In this document: one piece after another, positions 15,566 through 37,200 of the stretch | Layout: each line of letters begins with the position of its first letter | Position numbering within the stretch: position 1 is the stretch's first letter | Assembly: GCF_964188315.1 (NCBI RefSeq) | Contig: NC_135671.1 | Coordinates: 39,060,001 to 39,124,000, forward strand | DNA length: 64,000 bases | Direction: 5' to 3' | Source of the DNA: Podarcis muralis | Taxonomy: Eukaryota | Made by a program: the position numbers and the translations under genes | The notes under the pieces: model-generated | Database searches by the model: none | Seen by the model: the letters and a program-made list of their open reading frames with translations, nothing else | What the model was told of the DNA's origin: nothing

Positions 15566-16981
15566 TTAATAATAAACTATTTTATTATTATTAAGGCTGC
15601 CATTTTCTAACTTGAGCTCATTGGCCCCTTATAAGGGAGTTCTCAATGAGATCAGAAGTGATGGATGAGCTTTCCTGGAGGACTGCTTGCCTAACACTAC
15701 ATTCTTCAGGGATTTAAGGTACTGGGTGTGACCCAGGAGTCAGGACACATTCTCCATTCACACAGAGCAATGGCATGGTCCAGTGGTCCTGGGCAGGATC
15801 CCACATGGATTGAGCATGTGCCTAGATCTCCCAGGATCCTCTGCAACATACAGAGGTTGCTGAGCAGTGGACAAGTCCACACAGAGAGGGGCTCCCTGAA
15901 GCTGCTGTTTGGAAACCACGGCTTCAAAATTAGAACACTTGCACATTCTGCAGAATTAAATGGCAGTTAGCCTACAGTCAAACCACTGCAAACTGTAAAT
16001 GAGGGCCATGCTTTCAAGTACTTCCCTCCATAATTCCCTGTGTACTGTGCAAAAACTTAGCACATTAGAAAAAGATTGCCTCTCCATGATGGCTACAAGG
16101 TCTGGTTGGCTAATGGAGGAACCAAGACTGTTGGTCTATACAGAAGTCCTCCCAATTAGTTTAGGTGGATTTGGGGAGGGGGTGTCCTCTCCCTCTTCTC
16201 TAATATGAGGCTGTAGCTGGATTCAAACTCCAGACACAAGGAAAGTCCTCCTTTGAAGCCCCTATGCTCCAAGCATCTTTGAGTGGGCTTTCAAGTTGGG
16301 GGGAGCTACAAATGCCCTATGATACATGTCGCTGCTCACTGGAAGCCCTCCCTCCCCCGGCATGCAAAAGGTAAATTGATAACTTTCGCCTTCCTTCTCC
16401 CTGCTTCCCAATCTTGTCCCTTTTAGCCACTAGAGGTTCATGTTACTAGTAGATACCTCTCACTCACTTTGCTGCATGTTCTGGCCAGTTGGGGTGCTTT
16501 GTCCAGTCTTTTCCTCTATGGGTCCTTGAACCCAGAAGGGCACTGTGTGCACTCTCTGCAGGCCTTCTGCCAAAGGGGCTGTGTGGGGTCGGTGTTGCAC
16601 CGTCCCCGTCCCCCCGGAAGTGTACCACAACTGCACCACGCCAAATGAGGGAAGATGTCAGACACTGACATTGCTAACCCAGAAGTGGCATAGCAATAAC
16701 CAACAGATAAAAAGTGTTACCCTAAAATGTGATTCACCACCTTTCTCCCACTTCCACTGGAAATTGAAAGGTTGGTGTCTCTCAGAAAAGAGGGGACAGC
16801 CCTAGACTAAGTTGTGCAGAACCACGTAAGTAACTGAAATACAGAGGACAGGAGATTGGCTGAATAACTAGGTTACATGCAGAGGAGCTGTGGGCCTCCT
16901 CCATGCTCCCTCTCTATGCAAGCTTCACTGAAAAGACACACAAGCCATGCCAGCACACGCACCCCTCTGGTTCTATAAACC

Positions 16982-16987
16982 TTTATT
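16982..16987 (-). terminator. Polyadenylation signal of NAA10
   Basis: AATAAA on the - strand about 90 nt after the stop at 17076, followed by GU-rich sequence. Confidence 0.7.
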
Positions 16988-17075
16988 TCCAAACCCCCTG
17001 TAAGCACACATGCAAGCAAAGACACAGATCCTTCAAGGGCTGGGCTTCAAGTGAGTGGCCTGGCGAAAGCCCTTG

Positions 17076-26683
<9,608 letters not shown>

Positions 26684-27316
26684 GGCGGCGGCGGCGGCAG
26701 CGACGCTCTTCCTTCAGCCCCCGACGCGGCCGGAGCCCCCGATCCCTCTAGAGCCGGAGCACAGGCGGGTCCCCGAGCGGCGCCGGAAAGCACGCGTCCA
26801 TCTCCGCCCCGCAGCCAATGCCTGGGAAGAGCAGAGGGGGAAGCCGCTTAGCCAATCGCCGCGCACAGCTTTGCACCGCGGTCCCGCCCAAACCCTCCTC
26901 GGCACCCAATCAGACTGCGCCTAGAAAGTAGTCACGCCGACCAATTACGATGCCGCTTCCTGCATCTTGCTTTGGTCATGCGCGGAATCCTGCTTGTTTC
27001 GGTTCTTCCGCCCGCGACCAGTTAAGGGAGACGCGACGCTCATCCCCGCCCCTCGAGGGCTCGCGATCTGGCGGGGCGGCGCCTTCCCGCTCGGAAGAAG
27101 CCTAATTGATGGCCCGGTAAGTCAATCGTTTATCACGAAGGAGTTGAGTGACACGTTGAGGGCCCAATAAGCAACTAAGAGAAGGGCGGGACTACTATTG
27201 AAGTTTAGACAAACTCAGGCTTCAGGGGATTCGCTCTCAACTTTATAACCCGGTGAAAAAAAATATTAAAAAATATGGTAGTGTTTCGTAGAGGGAGGAG
27301 ATATAGTGCTGTAGTG

Positions 27317-27317
<1 letters not shown>

Positions 27318-27383
<66 letters not shown>
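27318..27383. repeat. (AAT)n microsatellite, tail of an L2 element
   Basis: About 22 perfect AAT units. Confidence 0.97.
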
Positions 27384-27496
27384 TTATTATTTATACCCCG
27401 CCCATCTGGCTGGGTTTCCCCAGCCACTCTGGGCAGCTTCCAACAGAACACTAAAGTACAACAACCTATTAAACATTAAAAGCTTCCCTAAACAGC
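27384..27496 (-). mobile_element. L2 LINE 3' end
   Basis: The - strand reads gttggaagctgcccagagtggctggggaaacccagccagatgggcggggtataa plus a (TAT)n tail; same terminus as at 15295-15339. Confidence 0.7.
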
Positions 27497-27674
27497 GATT
27501 AAATGAGATTAATTCCCGGGGGGGAAATGCGCTGGCTTGTAGTCCGCATTTCACCTGCCTAGCCAGGAATTCTCGGTTCCAGTGACGCCTCTGCCTTTGG
27601 CAAACCCCCCTCAGCCTCCCCTGCAATAGGGGGGCGCCAGTGGACGGGACTCAAGGCGGCTTGCAGATAAAACT

Positions 27675-27845
27675 GTTGTTGTTGCTTAGTCGTTTAGTCA
27701 TGTCCGACTCTTCGTGACCCCCTGGACCAGGCCCTCCTGTCTTCCACTGCCTCCCGCAGTTTGGTCAGATTGATGTTTGTAGCTTCGAGAACACTGTCCC
27801 ACCATCTCGTCTTCTGTCGTCCCCTTCTCCTTGTGCCCTCCATCA
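27675..27845 (-). mobile_element. RTE-BovB LINE 3' fragment
   Basis: Encodes MEGTRRRGRQKTRWWDSVLEATNINLTKLREAVEDRRAW, the BovB ORF terminus, with a (CAA)n tail. Confidence 0.85.
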
Positions 27846-28447
27846 TTTCTGTCTGCAACAGAAATATGAGAGTGTAGCTTGTGTCCTGTGTGTCAAGATA
27901 CCTGATAATTTTTGCTGAATATCTCTCCTGGCTAGTCTGGGCCATTCCTTTGAAATGGTAAATACCTATTGATACACAGAAGATGCTCTTTTGCCAGATC
28001 TGCTTTGCCCCTAACAAATATTTACCAGACCTGTTTTTAGAGAGGGTAGCCCTTATTCCAAGATGTTTATCTATTCACAGGATATGAAGGATTTGCAAGT
28101 GAAATAACTATTGGGAAAGGTTTTCCAAGATGAGCCCAAGCGGCTTTGGGATTGCTCTGTGTACTAAAATTAAGTGTAATTTTCTCAGGGAATATCTCCT
28201 AAATTTTGAAGGGTGAAGGATTGATATTCTCTGGAGTGTGTCCGCTATGTGTGTGCATCCTAAAAATATATATAGCAATATCATACTACAGTATATTATG
28301 ATTGTCTTGTATGTGTATTGTGGTTGGAAACTAGTATAGTGTAAAACAAATTAAAATAAATTTTGAGTATGGGATCAGGACTTTTTTTTAATGGCTTCCA
28401 ATATAACTGTTCCAAGAAAACCAACACATTCTGAGGACCTTTCAGTA

Positions 28448-28673
28448 CAGTGGTACCTCAGGTTACATACGCTTCAGGTTACATACTCCACTAACCCAGA
28501 AATAGTGCTTCAGGTTAAGAACTTTGCTTCAGGATGAGAACAGAAATTGTGCTCCGGAGGCGCGGCAGCAGCAGGAGGCCCCATTACCTAAAGTGGTGCT
28601 TCAGGTTAAGAACAGTTTCAGGTTAAGAACTGACCTCCAGAACGAATTGAGTACTTAACCCGAGGTACCACTG
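28448..28673. mobile_element. Tc1/mariner MITE
   Basis: TA-CAGTGGTACCTC...GAGGTACCACTG-TA; highly similar to 15340-15565 and 33954-34195. Confidence 0.9.
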
Positions 28674-29815
28674 TACTTTTATTTTTTTAGTTAGCACTGA
28701 GATTTTGAGAGTAATGATTGGGGTGATTGGCACAGAGATTGGCATCAAGGGGGGATTTTGTCACACACACACACCCCTCAGGGATGACACCCGGGGCGGC
28801 CTGCCCCCTACACCCCTGTCTGGATTGCTTCTGGGCCCAGTTTAAAATGCTGGTTTTAGCCCTTGAAGCCTGAGTTGGACTGCTTTCCTGAGAGGATCCT
28901 ATATATCAAGTTCAAAGCAGGCGCTTCAGCCAGCAAAACAACCTTAAGAGCCACCATAAAGTATGTGAGAATGGCTTTGCTGTATAAAAGTTAGCAAGGA
29001 AGGTGCCAGGTGAACCCACCCAAGGAGAGAGGTCCAGAGGTTCTCTGACGATGATTTTGGAGGGGATGAAGTCCTTGTCCAGGGCAGCAGATGGCAGCCT
29101 TAAGAGCTTAGGCTCTGCTAGGCTATGCAGAAGTACAGGCACACACTGTTTTGTACCATGAACTGAGCTCAGTGAGAGTGTGCGGTGACTGTAGATGAGG
29201 TTTGCCTTTGTCATGATGGGACTACCTGAATTTGCCCATTATTTGCTGGATAGCAAATGATTGTTTATCTGGGAATCAAAGTGGATGGTCTCCATCGGGG
29301 ATCATTGCAGTGCTCATCTGACCTGCTCTGCATGCATGGAAAACATCTGCAAACTGTCATTCTTCCAAAATCCAAGCACAGCTGAAGCAAATTTCCTCTT
29401 CAGTGCAGTTCAAGCGGTATATGTACAGAAATTTTGCAAAACAGTTCATCTCTTGGATGTCCCTGTCCTTATTTTTTCAGGAGGGGGTGGTTGGACCCTG
29501 TAGCTTCATTTCATTGCTTGTGCAATAATGTTATTTGGGGAATCAACCAGATGGTAGAACAACAATTGTGAATTTGCTTTTTGAAAAACTGGTTTTTATT
29601 AGAGAGAGTTCTCAAATAGCATAGTGGCCAAGAGTTTCTAAGCTATGCGTTAGGGCTCCCCATTCAGATATTGCTTCTTCCACGTGCTTACTTAAGAAAA
29701 CAATTCTCTCCCCACTTTAGCAATACCAGAATAATAACACAGGTCTATGTATTATATTTTATGAAAATTGCAAGAAAATGCATGTGACATACTTGAGAAA
29801 CACTCTATAGATGTA

Positions 29816-30061
29816 CAGTTGTACCTCCACTTACGTATCCCTCCGGTTACGTAAACTTCGGGATACGTGATGAGCGGCAAACCCGGAAGTATATTTCCGG
29901 GTTTTTGCCGCATGTACAGTAGCAGTAGACCACTTCTGTGCATGCACAGAAGCGCTCTAGCACCGCGCATGTGTGCACAGAAGTGGTCTTTCTGGTTGTG
30001 AAAACCTCGTATCTGGCCAGACCTCCGGAACGGATCCCATCTGCAACCAGAGGTACCACTG
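29816..30061. mobile_element. Tc1/mariner MITE, second family
   Basis: TA-CAGTTGTACCTC...GAGGTACCACTG-TA with an internal palindrome accacttctgtgcatgcac...gtgcacagaagtggt. Confidence 0.85.
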
Positions 30062-30231
30062 TACTTGGAAAGCATTGGTTTGCCAAATAATAGCAAACTC
30101 AGCACCAGCTAGACTTTATATATGCAGAATCAGCCTAGAATCCTATGCACACCAAGACTTCCTTCCCAAAAAAATGCATGGGACCTGGCTGGAACTGGCC
30201 TGAGTACAGTGCAGTCTGTTACCAATAACCA

Positions 30232-30377
30232 GTGCTTTTTTTATTTAAAAAAATGTTTAGGGGTGCTCTCATTTTCCTACTCATATTGAAATACTGCCCC
30301 TCAATGAGGCCAAAGTTAGATTCACAAAATGTTTAGGGGTATGCGTATCCCTGCTTCCCCCCAGAAAAAAGGCACCG
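30232..30377. mobile_element. Short DNA-transposon-derived MITE
   Basis: Ends CAGTGCTTTTT...AAAAAAGGCACCG; internal duplication of aaaatgtttaggggt. Confidence 0.55.
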
Positions 30378-30939
30378 CCCATAACAAAACTTGATACATT
30401 GACCATCACATTTCTCTTAATCCTGACAGTGGCTTTTAGACTCTTACAGTAAATGAGATAATATATAGATTTAGACAAAATAACTTTTAAAATGTACACA
30501 CAGTCAAATTGATCATGGCGGAGTGAACAACTACATATATGGTTAAAAGTGCCTGCATTAAAAAAATGTGTTGTCTGCATATTTCTTCTTTCCAAAAAAA
30601 GAGGAAGTGGACTGGAAGACTCAAGCAGGGCCAGGATGATAAATCTGCATGTCCTACTCCTGGGACTAAGATCGGAAGTTGCTCAATAGGACTGCTGACT
30701 GTATCATATGCTGCAGGCCCCAATGAGCCTTGTCAATTCCCAAAGTGGTGCAAACAAGCTTCACTTTGCTTTTAAGCTTCAGCCCTCTGATCCGAGATGG
30801 GCTACAGTCTAGCTCGTCTCAGGCCACTTAGCAGCCTGAGCTTTTCTTTTGGGAAAGCTGCCAGTTCTTCCTGACCCACAGAACACCCCAAAGCACAGGA
30901 TTACAGCAAGCCTTGCAGGATCACAGCCTAGATGTATGG

Positions 30940-31183
30940 TGTTAAGTTGTGGGCGAACATATCAGATGACACAGCGATTCTTCCAAAGCAGCTCTTTATT
31001 TGTAAGCTGGAACAGAACTAACTGAGGAGCTCAGTCAGCCTGCTTATATAGAGCTCCAGAACAATGTAACTTGCCATTTTCTAAAACTATCCAATCACTG
31101 AATGTCACTTTTTGATCCTTCATTTGCATAACTATCTACAGTACCCCCCTGCTGGCCCAGGGTGAGAACTTCAGTACATAACA
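30940..31183 (-). mobile_element. Solo LTR (244 bp) of an LTR retrotransposon
   Basis: TG...CA termini (TGTTA/TAACA); 5-bp TSD TATGG at 30935-30939 and 31184-31188; on the - strand it carries octamer ATGCAAAT, ATTGG, TATATAA and AATAAA in LTR order. Confidence 0.88.
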
Positions 31184-31366
31184 TATGGAGCAGAACAAAC
31201 TCACTACAGGGAAAGCCTCAGTCACTGCAGACTGTTCCTCACCATCATGCCAGGGTGGGCTGGGGAGAAAAGTGGCAGCTGAGAGGAATTTACTGGCAGA
31301 GCAGCCACGTGGTCCCTTCTTTCCAGGCATCCATTGTGCAACCAGGTCCAGAAGTCGTACCTGCCA

Positions 31367-31368
<2 letters not shown>

Positions 31369-31410
<42 letters not shown>
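31369..31410. repeat. (CT)n microsatellite
   Basis: Directly visible. Confidence 0.95.
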
Positions 31411-31414
<4 letters not shown>

Positions 31415-31859
31415 CCCCCTTTGCTCCCCACCTGACACCCAGCCCTACACAGGCCACCCGGGAGGTCACCATTGTTTGTCTGCCAGCGATGCTCCCTGAT
31501 CCCTTGGGGAGTTGCCAACCTACTTGTTCAAGAAAGGGTCCTTAACCCTCTGCAAGCTTTGTAACAAGGAGTTATGCAGCAGGTAATGGCCTCCCTAGTG
31601 TGGGGATGAAGCTACAAGGGACAGGACAACTGGGACTAGCCACATGAGCCTCACTGGGCTGAGCAGGGGCCACCTCATGAACACCATCTTTTACTCTCAA
31701 AACTCACGCCATTCTGAATGCTCTTTAAGAAGAGAGACATGTATAACTGTGCCTCATGTTGCCAGGGTTGGGTAGGAGTCTTTCTCCACATCCTGTGCTC
31801 CACCCTGTTTCCAGCTGGCCTCAGCATGAGACTCTACAGTGGTGGGCAAGGATCTAGCT

Positions 31860-32277
31860 CAGGCCAGTCTAACTTTTCATACCAAGTGGCCCACAACAGT
31901 ACTTTTGACACAGAACCTGTGGGCTGTCATGTGGGGTGAAGCGAGGCCAAAACTTGACACCCCGCCCAGCCTTCCCAAAGCTGGCTAAGCGAGGAGCCGG
32001 GCTTTGGGGAGGAGTTGCAAGCCTCTGGCGGTGCCCTAGAGCCCTCCCAACTCCTTCCTAAAGCTGGCAAGGTGCTAACTAGGCTTCGGGAAGGATGCAG
32101 GAGGACTCAAGGACCCTGTCAAAGCTCTCACACCTCCTTCCCAAAGCCCAGCACCTTGCTTACCAGGCTTTGGGAAGGCAGCGCGAGGGCTGAGAGAGGT
32201 GTCAAATGCTGTGGAGGGCTGCCAAAAGTCCTCAACAGCCACATGCAGTCCTTGGGCCATGCTTTGGACTTCCCTGA
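31860..32277. mobile_element. Degenerate hAT-type non-autonomous element with three internal stem-loop modules
   Basis: Imperfect TIRs TCAGGCCAGTCTAA / TTTGGACTTCCCTGA; internal repeats CCTTCCCAAAGC...GCTTTGGGAAGG. Confidence 0.5.
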
Positions 32278-33315
32278 TCGAGCTGCTCCTAGGACTCCAG
32301 GATAGTCACTCTCTGCCCAGTAAGGTACTTAGGCATACCAGGGATCACTGCTGCTGCTGTGTTAGCAGGGTGGAGAATGGGCCACCTTCGCTGGGTTGGT
32401 CTATCAGGCAAAATAGCAAGGGGGTGCCATTGCATCATGGCCCCAAAGGGATGGTTGGTACACACCAGAGCCTATTGGCTGCTGCTTCTGCACTCCTCAG
32501 AGACACTCTCGCAGGTGGACCTGCGGGCCCTCCCAGACATAAAGATAAAGGACCCCTGGACAGTTAAGTCCAACCAAAGGCGACTATGGGGTGCGACCCT
32601 CATCTTGCTTTAGGCCGAGGGAACCGGCGCTTGTTCACAGATAGCTTTCTGTGTCATGTGACCAGCACACGGAAACACTTTACTTTTCCTTCCTGCCACA
32701 GCAGTACCTATTCATCTACTTGCACTGGTATGCTTTCGAAATGCCAGGTTGGCAGAAGCTGGGACAGAGTCCTCCCAGACATACCTAAGTGGGAGGACAT
32801 GATCCTGGATTTTAAACCTGGGAGGCTCCTGCCTGTGAAACCTGAGCTCTTCCACCTGGCCAAGGCCCCTTCTGGACTGGGAGAATATAGAATGTGGCAT
32901 GCTCCCCCCCCCCCCACTGCACCCATCCAAGTAGCCCCTGCGACTCCCTGGAGAGGATTGCTCTCTCTGTCTCTTTAGAACTTCTTCTGAGTCTAGGCTG
33001 TAGGTTGGTCTTCACATGACAGATGGCTCCATTAAAAACAAATCACTTCACACAGAAAACAGGCATGTCAGGGAGAAGGCTAGGCTAGAACCTGTCACTC
33101 CAACATGCTTAGGTTATATGTTGAGAGGCAATTTTTGTGAGCCCCCCCCCCAGTCAGATATGGTATATAGCCCAGTCACTTCAGTGAAACTAGGCCTCTG
33201 GCAGACCCTCAAGCTCCATCCCCCAGTAGTGTCTCTCCCCATGAATAGGAAAAAAGCACAACAGGGTAGACCCAACACACTCCCATTTTCCATTCAGTGT
33301 GTATCTTTTATCTTT

Positions 33316-33321
33316 TTTATT
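33316..33321 (-). terminator. Candidate polyadenylation signal of RENBP
   Basis: First AATAAA I found on the - strand after the stop at 34217 (about 900 nt). Confidence 0.4.
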
Positions 33322-33953
33322 GTTTCTCAATTGCACAGATTCATTTGGACCCTCAAAGAAGAAAAGGCAAGTGGTGAACATCAGGCAAGGAAATGGCAAA
33401 GGCTCCCTAACCAGGGAGAGAACGAAAGCATTTTTTTAAAAAAACAACAACCCCAACGTTTTCCCACATTGAAAACAGTTAAGAGCCAAAATATTGCTCA
33501 CATTCACAGTATACATTTAAAGCACTCTTATACTGCTTTAACGGTCATGGAGAATCCCGGGAACTATGGTTTGTCAACAGTGCTAGGAATTGTAGGTTTG
33601 TTGGGTCATCACACAGAAACTACAGTTCCCAGGACTGTTTGGGGAAAACCTGACTGTTAATGTGGTATAAGAGTGCTTAATAATGTTTTAAAGGTATGGT
33701 CTGGATGTGACCAGCGGTTAACAGCCTATCTCCTCCTGTAAGAGAGCAGAGCCTGGGACCTGTAGCAAGTTTGTTCACGATGGAGTTCTGCAAAATCAAG
33801 GTTGGCCAGGAGTGTAAAATAGCCACTGGAACTGGGAGTGAGAAGTGGCTGGAAAAGGGTTCTTTAGTTTCTACCGTGGTTGAAGAAGAATGTGGCTGGA
33901 ATTAAGATTTATCCCAGGCAGAAAGTAGAGAACACCCATCCCTTCACTTAATA

Positions 33954-34195
33954 CAGTGGTATTTTGGGTTACATACGCTTCAGGTTACATACGCTTCAGG
34001 TTACAGACTCCGCTAACCCTGAAATAGTGCTTCAGGTTAAGAACTTTGCTTCAGGATAAGAACAGAAATCGTCCTCCAGCGGCGCAGCGGCAGCAGGAGG
34101 CCCCATTAGCTAAAGTGGTGCTTCAGGTTAAGAACAGTTTCAGGTTAAGAACAGACCTCCGGAACGAATTAAGTACTTAACCCGAGGTACCACTG
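33954..34195. mobile_element. Tc1/mariner MITE 22 nt downstream of the RENBP stop
   Basis: TA-flanked TIRs; internal tandem duplication of ggttacatacgcttca. Confidence 0.9.
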
Positions 34196-34216
34196 TAGAA
34201 AAGTTAGTGGAGTGTT

Positions 34217-37200
34217 TCATCCCTGGCTGGTCAATTGAGTTTCCCTTACGAGCGATTCCAGAATTTCTTCACAGATACAGAGCGCACGGGGGACATGGAA
34301 ACAGCCTGCAAAGATAGACATGGGGAGGAATGAAAGGGGGCAGGATAAAAATGCTTTAAATAAATGAGACAAGGCAGGGATCCTGTCTCCCAAACACCCT
34401 CTTTTACTGCATTTCCCTAACCACAGCTTGGTTTGGGGGCATTAAAGTATTGCAAGTCATGTGTCTTAAGCAAGTGAGCCAGCAAGGTTTAGTGGCAGAA
34501 GCAATGCTAACAGGAAGTAGATTTGGAACCCTCAGGGGCAGCTCTTGGCTCATTTGAACAGCTGTGGAGAAACTTCATAAAAATGAGGGAAATGGTAAAA
34601 AGAAGGTGGAAAAGGAAGTCAAGCAGTCATTTGTCTAATCCAGGCTTCCTCAACCTTGGCCCTCCAGATGTTTTGAGACTACAATTCCCAGCATCCCTGA
34701 CCACTGGTCCTGCTAGCTAGGGATCGTGGGAGTTGTAGGCCAAAAAGACCTGGAGGGCCAAGGCTGAGGAAGCCTGGTCTCCTTTCTCCAGAATGCCTGC
34801 AGGTTACTAAAAAATCACAACAATGCAAGTTTAGCTAGCAGAATGCATATTACAGATCAGAAAAAATACAGTGGTACCTCGCAAGACGAATGCCTCACAA
34901 GACAAAAAACTCGCAAGACGAAAGGGTTTTTGGTTTTTTGAGCTGCTTCGCAAGACGATTTTCCCTATGGGCTTGCTTCGCAAGACGGAAACGTCTTGCA
35001 TGTTTGTTTCCTTTTTCTTAAAACCATTAATACAGTTGCGACTTGACTTTGAGGAGCAACTCATAGCACGCGGTGTGGTAGCCTTTTTTGAGGTTTTTAA
35101 AGACTTTGGTGATTTTTGAAGCTTTTCCAAAACTTTCCCGACACCGTGCTTCGCAAGATGAAAAAAATCGCAAGACGACAAAACTCGCAGAACGAATTAA
35201 TTTTGTCTTGCGAGGCACCACTGTACCACCAAGGCTAAGAGGATTCCAGTGTGGCAAATCTTAAGATGCAAGCCTAACCCTATTGACCTAGGAGTAAGCA
35301 CCACTGAACTCAATATAAGCTATTTCTGTGTAGACATGGTTAGGATTGCATAATTTGTGCATGAACAACACAAAAAGTTTTTTGGGGGAAGCATACTTGC
35401 TTTGCTTCAAGAGGCTCCTCCATCTCATTGAGGTGTTTCCATTATTTTGTGGTATGTTATCCATTTCCCTTTGCCTGTCATCTCTTTTCTGTGAAAAACT
35501 TCTTGTGGTGAAACCCATACAGGTGTCTTTTGGTGCAACCGAGGTTTGCATTTATTCCAAATTCTTAATATGGCACTTTGAATACAGTGATTTTTAAAAT
35601 CTACATTAACTTTAACTTTATTATACCACAGATATCCATGCCATCCAAACCTTAGGTCATGTCCTATTTCTAAAGTCCTCTCCCTTCTCCAGGTCAACCC
35701 CTTCTTCATCCACATTAGACAACAGGCTGCAAAATACATTTCTCTGACTCCTGCCTTGTCTGGGGGGGAGCATTCCAATCTGCCATAAGGCACCAGTTTT
35801 CATATGCATAATCCCTCAGTCTATCCATGAATCCTTTATAAAAAGCTGATTTGTTATCATTTGGAGCATATATACCTAGATCCAAAATCATTTTTCCACA
35901 AATGTTAATTTCCACCCCAATAAATCTACCTTGTTCATCCAAAAGAATCAATTTTGGACAAAACTGGGAATGTATATATACAATATAACTCCATTTCTTT
36001 TCTTTGTTCCTGCAGAAATACATTCTTCCCCTAATTTCTTTTGAATCAATATTTTGTGTCTTTTTTCCTAATAAGTGTTTCTTGTGAACATCTTAAATCT
36101 AATTTCACTATACAGTATTCAAGTGATAAAATACATTTTTCCTCTTTTGTGAAGCATTTGCCCCACTTATATTCCATGTTAAAATTTTGTAATCCATAGT
36201 CAGTCAAGTTAATTTGTCACCTCTATACTTGATGCTCCCATTGCTGCATCTTAAGTCTCCTCCACTTGCACATCTTTAATATCAGATTTAAATCTTTCCA
36301 CAAATTCTCTTGCTCTCTGTACTGTATTAAGTCAGAATCCTTCTGCTGCATCCTATCTAAATTGGATTCTTTTCTGTTTAAGTTTATCTGTTAAGAAGCT
36401 GTATTCTTTTCTTTTATGTAGTATCTTAGGTGGAATTTCTTCCAGCACAGTCAAATCTGTATCGTCTCTAGGTGTTTTTTATCCTAACAAATTGGACCAG
36501 GACATCTCTTGGAAGTTTATTTTTCCGTAGCGTGTTGATTCTATAAATTTTATCCAATTCTGCTTCCATATTTCTAGCCTCCTTTTCCAGAAATTCCACC
36601 AGTAGCTCCTTAACTTTATTCCTGATTACTCCAATATATGACTATAGCAACAAGACTGCTATATGCACAAAGATGAAAAGATAGTCCTACCCACTATAGA
36701 AGAATGGCTGATGAAATTATTGGATTTGGCTGAGATGGCAAAGTTAACATGTTTTAATTAGAGAAACATCATTACATTTGTTAAGGACTGGAAATTTCTT
36801 AAGGACTTTTTGCATGAAAGAGAAAATGAACTTGTCAGAATATGAAGACTGAAAAAATACTGGTATATAGAAGATAAGATGATTGGATTTTAAGGAATAA
36901 ATATTATATGTAGCTGCAGGACAGAGAGACAGAAGTCCTCTTACTCTTTTCTATAGTTCTGTAGTTTTTCCTTTCTTCCCCTTTTCTCTCCCTTTTTTGT
37001 TTTTCAGGTCTCTCCTTTCTGACTTTGTTCTTTTTTAGACTAAGTAGCTGTCTTAGTATATTATAAAAAGTACTTTGTAATGGGTATGTATTTTTGTAGT
37101 ATCTATGAATAAATATCAATAAATAAGTTAATTAAAAAAGAGGCATTCCTTCCTTCCTTCCTGTGTGAGGGGTTGAGCCATGGGACCTGCTATCTTCAGC

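Noticed and set aside
31970-32178. CRISPR-like repeat-spacer pattern
   Set aside because: Vertebrate DNA, only three degenerate units, no cas genes, and enclosed by hAT-like TIRs; kept only as a TE-structure finding.
33016-33660. 214-aa ORF on +
   Set aside because: No recognisable domain; overlaps a MITE and the probable RENBP 3' UTR on the opposite strand.
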